Below are positions 10,669 to 21,158 of a stretch of 64,000 nt of DNA, piece by piece. Below the pieces are notes generated by a model. It worked only from the letters and a program-made list of their open reading frames with translations. It was not told the DNA's origin and did not search any database. This stretch comes from an uncultured Planctomycetia bacterium (GTDB taxonomy: Bacteria > Omnitrophota > Gorgyraeia > Duberdicusellales > 4484-171): positions 64,608 through 128,607 of the forward strand of contig CAZHYN010000002.1 in assembly GCA_964536865.1 (NCBI GenBank), in the 5' to 3' direction. Every line of letters begins with the position of its first letter. Position 1 is the first letter of the stretch. A program made the translations under genes and the position numbers.

Positions 10669-11428
10669 GGCTAAAATAGTTTACCGCATTCTCAAATATC
10701 TTCCTCCCAAAAGGGTAGGTTGCATCTTTCTGCCAATGAGGATGATGATGGGGGAAGAGAAACCTTTCAGGATGAGGCATAAGCCCTAACACTCTTCCTG
10801 TAGAATCACTTATCCCTGCAATCCCATTTAAGGAGCCGTTGGGATTATAAGGATAAAGAGCTAGGTTGCCACTTTTATCTACATATCTTAGAACCACCTG
10901 ATTATTGGCTTCTATCTTCTCTAAAGTATGAAAATCGGTGTAGAATTTACCTTCCCCATGAGCTACCGGTAAAGTTATCAAAGGAGGAAGGTCCTTAAAC
11001 CATATGGAAAGAGCGGAAGAAGAGACTACCCTAAGGTAAACCCATCTATCTTCAAAACGTCCCGAATCGTTAAAAGTGAGAGTAGCTTTCTGATAAAACT
11101 CTAAGTAGGGTAGAATACCACTTTTTAAAAGAATCTGAAAACCGTTACATATCCCTAAAATAAGTCCCCCTTTACTTAAGAACCTTTCTATCTCTTCTTT
11201 AAACCAGAGAAGAATCTCTATGGAGAAAATTTTACCTGCCCCTAAGTTATCTCCATAGCTGAATCCCCCAGGCAGACAGAGAATTTGGTAGCTAGTGATG
11301 TTCTTTTCCTCCTTCACTCTGTTGATATGGTAAAGGTAGGTATCTGCTCCTGCTAACCGAAAGGCAAACTCTGTCTCTCTGTCGCAATTAGTACCTGCTG
11401 TTCTTAAAATCAATACTCTGGGTTTCAT
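10661..11428 (-). CDS. purQ: FGAM synthase glutaminase subunit PurQ
   Basis: Class-I glutamine amidotransferase; GICNGFQ catalytic Cys. Confidence 0.9.
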   Translation of the reverse strand: MKPRVLILRTAGTNCDRETEFAFRLAGADTYLYHINRVKEEKNITSYQILCLPGGFSYGDNLGAGKIFSIEILLWFKEEIERFLSKGGLILGICNGFQILLKSGILPYLEFYQKATLTFNDSGRFEDRWVYLRVVSSSALSIWFKDLPPLITLPVAHGEGKFYTDFHTLEKIEANNQVVLRYVDKSGNLALYPYNPNGSLNGIAGISDSTGRVLGLMPHPERFLFPHHHPHWQKDATYPFGRKIFENAVNYFSHG

Positions 11429-14313
11429 CGAAACTCCTTAAAAGTACTAAGCCATGCTTTTTTTGCTTCAGATACGCTAAAATCCACAATTTTCTTTCCC
11501 TCATTATTATAAAAAATTATTCTCTCCTCAGAAGAAGTGCACCCTATGAGTCCTAAAGGAACCCCCTGCATTACCTTTTGGAAACTCTCTCTTTTGTCTT
11601 TTTTGACTTCTACGATAAACCTTGTAGGTGACTCAGAAAATAGAATTTCATAACTTAACATCCCTAAACTATGAGGAGTTTCCTCTAAAAAAATACTTGC
11701 CCCTAAACTGCCTCCTATGCACATCTCAGAAATTGCTACTCCTAACCCTCCTTCAGAACAATCATGACATGATTCTACTAAATCTTTCTCAATTGCTTCA
11801 CTAACTCTTAAGAAAATCTCTTTTGCATAATCTCTTACCTTGGGTATGCATCCTCCCTCTATTTTTAACTTTCTAAAGTACTCAGAAGCTCCTAACTCAG
11901 GGTAAGTAGTACCCACAATATAGATTAAATTATCAGAGTTCTTAAAATAATTCTTTAATACTCTGCGCCAATCACTGATAATAGAGACCGCAGAAATGAG
12001 AAGAGTTCCTGGAATGGAGATTCTTCTGTCTCCCACTAAATATTCATTAAAAAGACTATCTTTACCAGAGATAAAAGGCGTTGAAAACCTTACAGCAAAA
12101 TCATAACAAGCAGAACTTGCTCTTACTAACCCTGCTAAAATTCGCTCATCGTTGGGAGAGCCCCAACTAAAGTTATCTAAAAGGAAAGTCTTTCCTAACT
12201 TTCCTCCCACAGAAATTACATTCCTTATCGCCTCATCGATAGAGAGAGCTGCCATCCAGTAAGGGTCAATATCGGAATAGAAAGGATTTATCCCTATCCC
12301 TATTGCGATACATTCTTCGCTCTCCAAATCGGGCCTTATCACACTAGCATCACTTACCGCAAACTTTTCCTGATTGAGAATGGGTTTAACTACACTGGCT
12401 CCTTGAACTTCGTGGTCATACTCAGTAACAATCCAATCTTTAGGAGATACATTGAAAGAAGCTAACAGTTGCTTCAAGTCTTGAGTATAATCCAACTTCT
12501 CTTTTATCTTAATATCTTTTTCTTCTTTTTTAATCCATACTGCTTTCTTCTTAAAGCGAGGGATACGAAAAAGAAAATCCATATCCAGCTCACATACTTT
12601 TTTATCCTGATAAAAAAGAGTCAATTTTCTATCAGAAGTTACTTCTCCAATTACTGTTAACTCCACTTCCTCACGATCAAATACTTCTCTCAATTCCTTT
12701 AGCTTTTCCTTTTGTGTAAATATAACCATCCTCTCTTGAGACTCGGAAATCCAAATCTCGGTATAAGTCAAACCTTTATATTTTAAGGGAACTCTATCTA
12801 AGTAAACTTTTGCTCCCCACTCTTTAGATAACTCACTAACTGCACTACTTAATCCCCCTGCTCCGCAGTCAGTTATAGCAGAGAATAAACCTTTATCTCT
12901 TGCTCTGATGAGAGCTTCCATAAGTTTCTTTTCCTCAATAGGATTGCCAATCTGCACCGCACTTCTTAAACTCACCGTATCTTCAGCTAGCTCTGTGGAG
13001 GAAAAAGTAGCTCCGTGAATTCCATCACGACCTGTCTTTGCTCCACAGATGATAATTAAGTCTCCTGGTTTTACCTCTTTAAATGACTTTTCTTTAGGTA
13101 TCAATCCTAAACTACCACAGTAGACTAAAGGGTTACCTAAAAAACGCTCATCAAAGATTACTGCTCCCGCAACGGTAGGGATACCCATCTTATTCCCATA
13201 GTCTCTTACTCCCTTTACCACTCCTTTTATAATCCTCTTAGGATGGAGTACTCCTTTAGGTAAATCTTGATAAGAAATCTGCCAAGGAGCAAAACAAAAA
13301 ACATCTATGGAAGCTATTGGTTTAGCACATTGTCCTGTACCTAAGATATCTCTTATCACTCCTCCAATGCCTGTAGAAGAACCTCCGTAAGGTTCTAAAC
13401 TGGAGGGATGATTGTGAGTTTCTACTTTAAAACAAAGATTAAAAGTTTGATTAAATTTTACTATCCCGGCATTGTCTTCAAATACAGAAACACAATCACA
13501 GGAATCTATTTGGTAGGTAGCTTTCATTACTGTGCTCTTTAGAAGATTATCGATTGTCTCCTTCTTTAAAAGATGATAATCTTTGTCTCTTTCCTCATAT
13601 TCAATTATCCCTTTAAAAGTTTTATGAGCACAGTGTTCTGACCAAGTCTGAGCAATAGTCTCTAACTCACAGTCCGTAGGATTCCTTCCTATATTTTTAA
13701 AGTAATCCTTGATTACCTTCATCTCGTCTAAATTTAGAGAAAGAAAATTCTCCTTAGAAACTCTCTCCAGCTCTTCATCAGCCATATTTAAAACATCCAC
13801 AACTTTGAGATTAAACTCATACTCTTTTCCTAAAAAACTATCTAAAGTAACTAAATTCTTAAACCGATCATACTCTATTAAGTGCTCAATCAAAGGATTA
13901 TAAAGTAAGTGTGGGGCTAAAGATAGAATATCTTCTCTTTTTAAACCAGTAAATTTATAAAAACGTGCGGTTCTGATATTCTTTGCCTTTATATTTAGAT
14001 CCTGAAAAGCTTTATTTAAAGAGATAGCTACCTCATCACATACTCCAGGATGGTAGGTAATAATAATCTCATCATCTTGAGGTTTATCTTCAAATAAACA
14101 ACTAGCTATGGTATAAGTTTCTGTGATCATATCGATAAGGAGCAAAGAAGCAATCCTCTCTACTGTGGAACGATCAAAATCACCTTCTATCAGATAAATT
14201 TTTCTCAACTCTAGAGATGGTAATCTTTCTAAATGGAGATATTCCTTGATCTGATAAGCTAAATCTTTTAGATTTTTATCCTCCTTAGAAAAAACATCTA
14301 TTCGCCAGACCAT
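11425..14313 (-). CDS. purL: FGAM synthase PurL with an N-terminal PurS-like extension (PurSL fusion, 962 aa)
   Basis: About 200 aa N-terminal extension ahead of the IAQTWSEHCAHKTF PurL motif. PurQ is encoded separately. Confidence 0.85.
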   Translation of the reverse strand: MVWRIDVFSKEDKNLKDLAYQIKEYLHLERLPSLELRKIYLIEGDFDRSTVERIASLLLIDMITETYTIASCLFEDKPQDDEIIITYHPGVCDEVAISLNKAFQDLNIKAKNIRTARFYKFTGLKREDILSLAPHLLYNPLIEHLIEYDRFKNLVTLDSFLGKEYEFNLKVVDVLNMADEELERVSKENFLSLNLDEMKVIKDYFKNIGRNPTDCELETIAQTWSEHCAHKTFKGIIEYEERDKDYHLLKKETIDNLLKSTVMKATYQIDSCDCVSVFEDNAGIVKFNQTFNLCFKVETHNHPSSLEPYGGSSTGIGGVIRDILGTGQCAKPIASIDVFCFAPWQISYQDLPKGVLHPKRIIKGVVKGVRDYGNKMGIPTVAGAVIFDERFLGNPLVYCGSLGLIPKEKSFKEVKPGDLIIICGAKTGRDGIHGATFSSTELAEDTVSLRSAVQIGNPIEEKKLMEALIRARDKGLFSAITDCGAGGLSSAVSELSKEWGAKVYLDRVPLKYKGLTYTEIWISESQERMVIFTQKEKLKELREVFDREEVELTVIGEVTSDRKLTLFYQDKKVCELDMDFLFRIPRFKKKAVWIKKEEKDIKIKEKLDYTQDLKQLLASFNVSPKDWIVTEYDHEVQGASVVKPILNQEKFAVSDASVIRPDLESEECIAIGIGINPFYSDIDPYWMAALSIDEAIRNVISVGGKLGKTFLLDNFSWGSPNDERILAGLVRASSACYDFAVRFSTPFISGKDSLFNEYLVGDRRISIPGTLLISAVSIISDWRRVLKNYFKNSDNLIYIVGTTYPELGASEYFRKLKIEGGCIPKVRDYAKEIFLRVSEAIEKDLVESCHDCSEGGLGVAISEMCIGGSLGASIFLEETPHSLGMLSYEILFSESPTRFIVEVKKDKRESFQKVMQGVPLGLIGCTSSEERIIFYNNEGKKIVDFSVSEAKKAWLSTFKEFR

Positions 14314-14340
14314 AGATAAGATTTTTGATTTTTGAGGGAA

Positions 14341-15633
14341 TTAACCAAAAATTCGCTTGTAGATTTTATCTATCCTCTTAAGATGTTCGTAAGGGTTAAA
14401 TATTTCTTCTAACTCCTTGGTAGTCAAGTAGTTTCTAATTCGTCTATCTTTAAAAATTTGCCTTTTGAAATCTAAACCTTGATTAACTACTTTTAGAGAA
14501 ATGTCTTGTACAAGGTCATAAGCTTTAACACGTGAGAGTCCCTTTTCCATCAATTTAAGAAGGATTTTCTGAGAGTAAATTAATCCTCGATTTAGTTCAA
14601 TATTTTTGAGCATATTCTGGGGATTCACTCTAAGATTTTTTACAATCTCAACCATCTTCTGAATCATATAATCCAAAACTATAGTACTATCAGGAATGAT
14701 TATCCGTTCTCCTGAAGAGTGGGAGATATCTCTCTCATGCCATAAGTTTATATTCTCAAAGGCAGTAATCATATATCCTCTAAGAAGACGGGCTAGTCCA
14801 CATATCCTCTCACTTACGATAGGGTTCTGTTTATGAGGCATACTAGAAGAACCCTTCTGTCCCTTATAAAAAGGCTCTTTAGCCTCCTCAACCTCGGTGC
14901 GGTGGAGATGTCTTATCTCAGTAGCAAACCTCTCTAGAGTTGCTCCTATCAAAGCTAAAAGGGAAAGATAGTAAGCAAATCTTTCTCGAGAAACAATTTG
15001 AGTAGAAATAGGACTATAACTTATACCTATCTTTTTGCAAATATACTCCTCTATCTTCGGTTGTAGATAAGCGAAGGTGCCTACTGCTCCGGAAACCTTC
15101 CCCGTACAGACAAGCCTTAAACTTTCCTGAAGTAACTGAAACTCTTCTTTTAGGTCGTTGTAAAGATAAGCAAACTTTAATCCAAAGCTATAAATCTCTG
15201 CATGCACTCCATGAGTCCTTGCTACGCATAAGGTATTTTTAAATTTAAGTGCTTTCTTCTTAACTTCTCTCATAAGAAGAGTCAAATCAGTTAAGATAAT
15301 TTTAGTAGCATCTTTTATCTGCCAAACTAAAGTAGTATCTAACAAGTCACTAGAGGTAAGACCGAAATGTAAATATCGAGAGTATCTTCCCAAAGAGGAA
15401 GATACTTGATTTATAAAAGCCACAATATCGTGATGAGTTTGTTCTTCTATCTTCTTTATTTTCTTAAGGGAGAGCTTTGCCCTTTTACGAATTACCTCAC
15501 TTACTCCTTTAGGAATCTGATTAAATTTTTCCTTAGCCTCGCAGAGAAGAATCTCTATCTCTAAAAAACGTCTGAATTTCTCTTCCTCTTTCCAGATAGC
15601 TCCTATTTTCTTGGGAGTATACCTTTCTATCAT
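14341..15633 (-). CDS. purB: Adenylosuccinate lyase
   Basis: MIERYTPKKIGAIW start; fumarate lyase signature GSSSMPHKQNP. Confidence 0.9.
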   Translation of the reverse strand: MIERYTPKKIGAIWKEEEKFRRFLEIEILLCEAKEKFNQIPKGVSEVIRKRAKLSLKKIKKIEEQTHHDIVAFINQVSSSLGRYSRYLHFGLTSSDLLDTTLVWQIKDATKIILTDLTLLMREVKKKALKFKNTLCVARTHGVHAEIYSFGLKFAYLYNDLKEEFQLLQESLRLVCTGKVSGAVGTFAYLQPKIEEYICKKIGISYSPISTQIVSRERFAYYLSLLALIGATLERFATEIRHLHRTEVEEAKEPFYKGQKGSSSMPHKQNPIVSERICGLARLLRGYMITAFENINLWHERDISHSSGERIIIPDSTIVLDYMIQKMVEIVKNLRVNPQNMLKNIELNRGLIYSQKILLKLMEKGLSRVKAYDLVQDISLKVVNQGLDFKRQIFKDRRIRNYLTTKELEEIFNPYEHLKRIDKIYKRIFG

Positions 15634-15681
15634 CGGGGTATATTATCAAAATAATCTCTCTACGTCAAACTATTTTCCTTA

Positions 15682-16260
15682 TTAACTTAGAAAAGAAACT
15701 AATCCCTTCCTTATGAGCATCACCGCTACTGCTACAAGAAGCAGAGAAGTTATTTTGGAAATAGCTCTTGTGCCTCTCTTTCCCAAGAGATTAAGAAAGA
15801 ACTGAGAGAAATAAAAAATTATTCCTGCTAGGGCTAAATTTAAAACTAACGATAGAATAACCACCCCTAATCCAAAACGGGGCAAGAGTACCAAAGAGAG
15901 AGTAAGAACGCAAGGACCTGCCAAAAGAGGTGTTCCCAAAGGAACCACTCCCAAATCATCTCCCCATACTTCAGTATTATCCTTATAGATTAGAATATCT
16001 CTTATAGCTAAAATAAAGAGTACTGCTCCCCCACCTATATAAAAATCCTCCACCTTTATCCCTAGGAATTTAAAAATATATCTCCCTGCGAATACAAAAA
16101 ATACCGTTATCCCCAAAGCGGTAAAGACTGACTGTTGAATAACTCGGTACTTTTCTTTCTCATTTAAGTTCTTAGTAAAATTTATAAATATGGGAAGCAC
16201 CCCTAAGGGGTCTAGGGCGAAAAAAAGAGCTATAAAAGAAAAAACTATATTCTTAACCAC
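15682..16260 (-). CDS. MarC-family (UPF0056) integral membrane protein
   Basis: Multiple transmembrane segments; N-terminal FALDPLGVLPIF motif. Confidence 0.65.
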   Translation of the reverse strand: MVKNIVFSFIALFFALDPLGVLPIFINFTKNLNEKEKYRVIQQSVFTALGITVFFVFAGRYIFKFLGIKVEDFYIGGGAVLFILAIRDILIYKDNTEVWGDDLGVVPLGTPLLAGPCVLTLSLVLLPRFGLGVVILSLVLNLALAGIIFYFSQFFLNLLGKRGTRAISKITSLLLVAVAVMLIRKGLVSFLS

Positions 16261-16984
16261 CTTCCTCCAATCTCTTTATCTCTTCTTTTATACGCTCAAT
16301 CCTCGCCTGAGGGGGAGGGTGACTACTTAAGAAAACAAAGGGATGAATTCCACCTTTTTTTTCTAACTTCTCCAACAGAGTAATTGCTCCTTGAGGATTA
16401 AATCCTGCTTTGTAGGCATACTTTACTCCTAAAGAGTCAGCCAAAAATTCATCCTGACGAGAATACCCTAAGGATACTATATTATAAATTACCTTTAATC
16501 CCTTCTTAATATCTATATACTCAGGAGTTCTTAGGGCTAAACTTAAGATTAGCTGTACTCCTAAGGAAGCCTGCAATCTCTTTAAACCATGACGAGCGCA
16601 GATATGAGCTACCTCATGCCCTATACAAAAGGCAAGTTCATCTCTTCCTACCTCATCTATGAGGCCTCGATTTATGAACACATACCCTCCAGGAAGAGCA
16701 AAAGCATTAATCTCTTCTTCGTCAAGGATATAAAAATGATACTGTAGAGAGTTTCTATCACAAACCTTAGTTATCCTCTCCCCTATCTTTTGAAGATAGC
16801 GGTTAAGATTTTTATCTTTTACCGACCTCTTACTGCTTAATATCTGAAAAGCTAAATTTTTCCCCAATAGAATTTCTGTATTTTCATCTATGAAGTAGAA
16901 TTCTCTCCTCTGAGTAGCAGGATTATAGATAGTTACACAACCATAAAGGAAAACCATCAAAGGAAATAAAGCAATCTGTCTCAT
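16253..16984 (-). CDS. M48-family zinc metallopeptidase, probable lipoprotein
   Basis: HEVAHICARH HExxH motif; N-terminal signal with Cys. Confidence 0.7.
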   Translation of the reverse strand: MRQIALFPLMVFLYGCVTIYNPATQRREFYFIDENTEILLGKNLAFQILSSKRSVKDKNLNRYLQKIGERITKVCDRNSLQYHFYILDEEEINAFALPGGYVFINRGLIDEVGRDELAFCIGHEVAHICARHGLKRLQASLGVQLILSLALRTPEYIDIKKGLKVIYNIVSLGYSRQDEFLADSLGVKYAYKAGFNPQGAITLLEKLEKKGGIHPFVFLSSHPPPQARIERIKEEIKRLEEGG

Positions 16985-17745
16985 TAATGGATTATCCTTA
17001 TCTGGTAAGGAATACTCACAATGATTTCTGGACCGTTATATTCTCTTATTCTACCAGTAACTTCTACTATCTTTCCTTTATAAAAAGTTAAAGGGTCTAC
17101 TCCTTTCTCTTTAAAATACTTCCAACTATCTTTAAATATCACTACAGTAAAATCCTTACGCCAATCTTCGCCAAAGTTTAAAAAGATACATTTCTGTGAC
17201 TGATAAGTATTTCTAACCTTTCCCTTCACAGTGCGTATCTCTCCTATAAATTTATGAGCGTCTTCGGCACTCACTACTTCGTAGGAGCCCCAAAGTCCCT
17301 TTCTATTTTGACGTGCTTTTTTCTGAAGGCTAATAAATAAATTTACATACTTAACATTAGGAGGACGAGTATAGATAACTGCATAACCTTCTTCTAATAA
17401 TTTAGCGTTAATGAATACTCCATCTAAAAATACGTAACCTAGGAGCCTCCCGTATCTATCCTTTTTCTCTACATCAAACTCTACTCGCACTCTCTTTCCT
17501 TCTACTAAACTTCGATTAAACTCCTTTGCTTCCAAGGCAAAAGGTTGAGGATTAAATACCCACCTTCTGCCTTCATTTTGTCTAACTTCTGGGGTATCTA
17601 TACCAATGTAACGTAAAACTTCTCCATTCTCTAACCTTACTGTGTCTCCATCAATTACCTCTACAACTTTTATTTGAGAAAAATCTAAAGGAGATGCACA
17701 GGCACAAAAGAAAAAGAGAAGAAATAGGAGGAGGCGAGGTATCAC
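16984..17745 (-). CDS. Secreted thermonuclease (SNase-like)
   Basis: Signal peptide; VVEVIDGDTVRL...IGIDTPE...YGRLLGYVF SNase motifs. Confidence 0.7.
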   Translation of the reverse strand: MIPRLLLFLLFFFCACASPLDFSQIKVVEVIDGDTVRLENGEVLRYIGIDTPEVRQNEGRRWVFNPQPFALEAKEFNRSLVEGKRVRVEFDVEKKDRYGRLLGYVFLDGVFINAKLLEEGYAVIYTRPPNVKYVNLFISLQKKARQNRKGLWGSYEVVSAEDAHKFIGEIRTVKGKVRNTYQSQKCIFLNFGEDWRKDFTVVIFKDSWKYFKEKGVDPLTFYKGKIVEVTGRIREYNGPEIIVSIPYQIRIIH

Positions 17746-18134
17746 TCTAGCTCTCTGATTATCTTAAAAAATATCTTCTGAGCATACTGTGGTTTAGGAA
17801 GAAGATATTTGCGTGCAGATACTCTTAAACGCTGCTCATTCTCTCCTACAGAATCAATTCTAATAGTTAAATCTATCTCTGCAATCTTTGCCTTAATTAT
17901 TCCTTTAGACTCGTTACTCTCTAAAATTTCTGCATCTTCTATCTTATCCAAAACTTTTCGAGATATATCCCAAAGCTCTCTATAGGTAACCTTTACATTA
18001 CCCGTAGCAGAATCGTTACTTAAAGTATAACCTGTAAGTACTCCTACACCTATTAATAGAGGCGCACACCCTCCTCCTATAAAGCTTAATATAACTGCTA
18101 TTGTTAAAAGGATTCTATTTAAGTTTAGATACAT
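17742..18134 (-). CDS. Hypothetical small lipoprotein
   Basis: Signal peptide with lipobox-like GGGC; no recognisable domain. Confidence 0.4.
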   Translation of the reverse strand: MYLNLNRILLTIAVILSFIGGGCAPLLIGVGVLTGYTLSNDSATGNVKVTYRELWDISRKVLDKIEDAEILESNESKGIIKAKIAEIDLTIRIDSVGENEQRLRVSARKYLLPKPQYAQKIFFKIIRELE

Positions 18135-19221
18135 ACTTTTTAAGAGAAAAATTTCTTATAAAAAAATTACTTAATGCCTCTCTCAACCTGTCAACTTCTA
18201 TACTTAACTCTTCACTTGCCTTTAAGGTATAAGGCTTAACACCTAAAACTAGTATATCAGGTAAATTGTGTCTTTTCAAGCTTTCCATTAAAAGATTTAG
18301 AGCAAGAGTGTGAGTAAAATATAATGAGGAACTGCTCAATTGATGAAGAGAAAACAATTCAAATCTAGAGAGAGAAGAGAAATGGACACTATCCACAATC
18401 AGAACAAATTCATACTCCCTCAATTTAGTCAAGTAATTCTCCAAACTTAAACCCACATCTAAAACTTTCAACGATAATTTTTCTTCCAAATCCTTAGCGA
18501 GAATACGTCCTATGCCATCATCTCCCCTCAAAGAATTCCCCAATCCTACAACTACTGCATTTTTAGCCAGAGAAAGTTTATCCTTCAATTTCAGAAGAAT
18601 CTCCCCTTCATAGAGAGTGGGGACAAAAATTCCTCTCTCGGAAAGCTTACCTACTAATTCGCTAACAGTAGTAAATCTAATGGCAGAGAATCCTAAGAGT
18701 CGAGCTTGGTCAACTAAATCTTGACGGTCATCAATATAGACTATATCATCTTTAGTAGCACCAGCTGACTTTACTAATTCTTCATAAATTCTTTCTTCTG
18801 GTTTCACAGACTTAACTTGGAAAGAAAAAACAAATCCATCGAATAAGGAGAAAATCTCTCTAAAACTTCGATAAAGGTAGTTAAGATGTAACTCATTTAT
18901 ATTGGAAATTAAGTAAACCGGATAAATAAGTCTTAGAATTTTAACAAAAGAAACAACTTCCCAATTAGGGAAGAAGATTTTACACCATATATCTTTAAAC
19001 TCCTCATAATCTATAGAGCAATTAAATTCTTTTTTAAACTTCTGATAAAAATCATAGTCAGAAACTAAACCTTTCTCAAAATCTTGAGCAAAATTTTCAT
19101 AGAAAAGAGCATCAATCACTCTTTGAGGAGGGGAACCTAACTTTGTCTTCATTTTTCCCAGAGCAAGATGATAGTCAAAGTTGAAAACAACATTTCCCAG
19201 ATCAAAAGCCAATACTTTCAT
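18115..19221 (-). CDS. HAD-superfamily hydrolase fused to a hydrogenase-maturation-protease-like (peptidase A31) domain
   Basis: N-terminal FDLGNVVF HAD motif I. C-terminal GLGNSLRGDDGIG motif characteristic of HybD/HycI endopeptidases. Confidence 0.55.
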   Translation of the reverse strand: MKVLAFDLGNVVFNFDYHLALGKMKTKLGSPPQRVIDALFYENFAQDFEKGLVSDYDFYQKFKKEFNCSIDYEEFKDIWCKIFFPNWEVVSFVKILRLIYPVYLISNINELHLNYLYRSFREIFSLFDGFVFSFQVKSVKPEERIYEELVKSAGATKDDIVYIDDRQDLVDQARLLGFSAIRFTTVSELVGKLSERGIFVPTLYEGEILLKLKDKLSLAKNAVVVGLGNSLRGDDGIGRILAKDLEEKLSLKVLDVGLSLENYLTKLREYEFVLIVDSVHFSSLSRFELFSLHQLSSSSLYFTHTLALNLLMESLKRHNLPDILVLGVKPYTLKASEELSIEVDRLREALSNFFIRNFSLKKYVSKLK

Positions 19222-19334
19222 ATCGATAAAATATTAGAAAAAAAGACTACTTCTTTTCTACATTTAGATAAAGAAAAAAAATTACCCAATAAGGTTTTAC
19301 AATATCAGGAAGGATTAAAAATACTCTCATCTTT

Positions 19335-19976
19335 CTATATTCTTTTCTTCCCTCCTATCGCTACAAAACCTCCTCGACCGAACCCTTTTTTTGGCTCCTC
19401 TACTTTATTTATCTTGTCGGGGAAATCAAATATTGTTTGATAGAAAGTAAACTTGTAAAATCCTATACTCTTAAGAAAACTCACAAGTTCATTAACACTG
19501 AAAAACCGAGCATGCTTATAAAACACGCTCTTTTTGTTCTGATAGAACCTACCTAAGAAACTATTCTTATCTATTATTCCCACAATAAGCTTTCCACCTT
19601 TTCTTAAAACTCTCTTAGCCTCTCTTAAAACTTCCTTGGGATGATTAACAAAACATATGGTAATAATAATTGTCACATATGAAAAGCTTCTGTCTCTAAA
19701 AGGTAATCTCTCCCCTGCACTTAAAAGAACATTTATCCCTCTTCTCTTAGCAAATCTTAACATATTCTTAGAAGGATCCACCCCATAACGTGTTCCTAAG
19801 GCAGAAGCAAATCTTCCTGTACCTACACCAATCTCTAAACCTCTTCCTCCCTTGGGCAAGATTCTTTTTATAGCCGCCACCTCAGATAGATAGGCAAATT
19901 TATTCTTCTTATACCACCCATCATACCTCTTATAATAGCGATCAAAGAGGTTCATAGATTTAGGTCTCCCCACCAA
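19335..19976 (-). CDS. Class I SAM-dependent methyltransferase
   Basis: LEIGVGTGRF motif I. Confidence 0.7.
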   Translation of the reverse strand: MVGRPKSMNLFDRYYKRYDGWYKKNKFAYLSEVAAIKRILPKGGRGLEIGVGTGRFASALGTRYGVDPSKNMLRFAKRRGINVLLSAGERLPFRDRSFSYVTIIITICFVNHPKEVLREAKRVLRKGGKLIVGIIDKNSFLGRFYQNKKSVFYKHARFFSVNELVSFLKSIGFYKFTFYQTIFDFPDKINKVEEPKKGFGRGGFVAIGGKKRI

Positions 19977-20269
19977 CCATCATAAAATCTCTTTAAATGT
20001 TCATAAAGCTCTTCGTCCATAGTATTCCTTCTTACATCCTCTTCTCTAAAAGAATAGCGGTAGTTTGCGCAGTAGTTAAGAATAATATCTTTTGCATGAT
20101 TAATCTTTTTAATCATTTCTTGACAGTACTCTTTGTTTTTCTCTTTACATCTATCAGGATGGTATTTTAAACTTAATTTGCGATAGGCATTCTTTATCTC
20201 CTCCAGAGTTGCCTCTTCGTTTAAGCCTAATAACTTTCTTGCCTCCTCTATCTGCTTAAAATCTGCCAT
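19952..20269 (-). CDS. J-domain protein
   Basis: AYRKLSLKYHPDR HPD motif. Confidence 0.7.
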   Translation of the reverse strand: MADFKQIEEARKLLGLNEEATLEEIKNAYRKLSLKYHPDRCKEKNKEYCQEMIKKINHAKDIILNYCANYRYSFREEDVRRNTMDEELYEHLKRFYDGWWGDLNL

Positions 20270-20324
20270 TTACCACTCCTCTCTATAGGAGCCATCACCT
20301 CCTTCTATCTATTATATTTATCTT

Positions 20325-20534
20325 TTAGAAACAAGTGGGACAACTCCCTGTAGAGCAGCTGGGGCCAGATATATCTTTTTTATCAAAGCTACCCACACTG
20401 AAAGAAGAGAAAACTTTCTCAACGTCCTTACTTCCGCATTTTTTACATGCGATCTCTATCGGTTGAGAAGTAACTCCTACTAATAGATCGAACTTCTCCC
20501 CGCACTTTTTACAAAGATAAGAATAGATAGGCAT
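20325..20534 (-). CDS. FmdB-family zinc-ribbon protein
   Basis: MPIYSYLCKKCGEKF...CKKCGS; C-terminal Cys cluster. Confidence 0.55.
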   Translation of the reverse strand: MPIYSYLCKKCGEKFDLLVGVTSQPIEIACKKCGSKDVEKVFSSFSVGSFDKKDISGPSCSTGSCPTCF

Positions 20535-20572
20535 AGTCCCACCTCCTCATTTCTTAAATATAACTTTTAATC

Positions 20573-21157
20573 TTAATTGTGATAACCATTCAAGAACAAC
20601 CTTACAACTTTAATGTCTTTCTGTAATAAGGGTCTCATCCTTATATTATAAGTAACTACAGCAGGATGGTAAAGAGGTATAATCTTCACAGAGTCAAAAG
20701 GGGAAGTAAACACCATCCCATGGATTTTATTTATTTTTTGAACTTTATTCTCTAAACCAAACTTCTTCATTATATAAAAGGTAGCAAAATTACCCAAACA
20801 ACAGATTACCATAGGTTTAATTATCTCAATCTGTCTATCAAGGTAAGGAGTGCAAGCAATTATCTCCTCTTCCTTAGGATTACGATTCTGGGGAGGTCGA
20901 CATTTCAGAATATTAGTTATATATATCTCTTCTCTCTTGATCCCTATAGTATTTAGAAGCTCATCTAAAATCTTTCCTGCTGCTCCACAGAAAGGGGTCC
21001 CTTTCTCATCTTCCTTTGCTCCAGGAGCCTCTCCTACAAACATTATTTTAGCTTCCCAGCAGCCTCCTCCTACTACAGGGTTTTTCCTTTCTCTCCACAA
21101 ATTACATTTTCTGCAATATAAAATTTCTTCCTCTATCTTTTTAAGAACACCTTTCAT
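20573..21157 (-). CDS. Uracil-DNA glycosylase, family 4 (Fe-S type)
   Basis: CRKCNL...GEAPGAKEDEKGTPFCGAAGKIL signature. Confidence 0.85.
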   Translation of the reverse strand: MKGVLKKIEEEILYCRKCNLWRERKNPVVGGGCWEAKIMFVGEAPGAKEDEKGTPFCGAAGKILDELLNTIGIKREEIYITNILKCRPPQNRNPKEEEIIACTPYLDRQIEIIKPMVICCLGNFATFYIMKKFGLENKVQKINKIHGMVFTSPFDSVKIIPLYHPAVVTYNIRMRPLLQKDIKVVRLFLNGYHN

Positions 21158-21158
21158 T

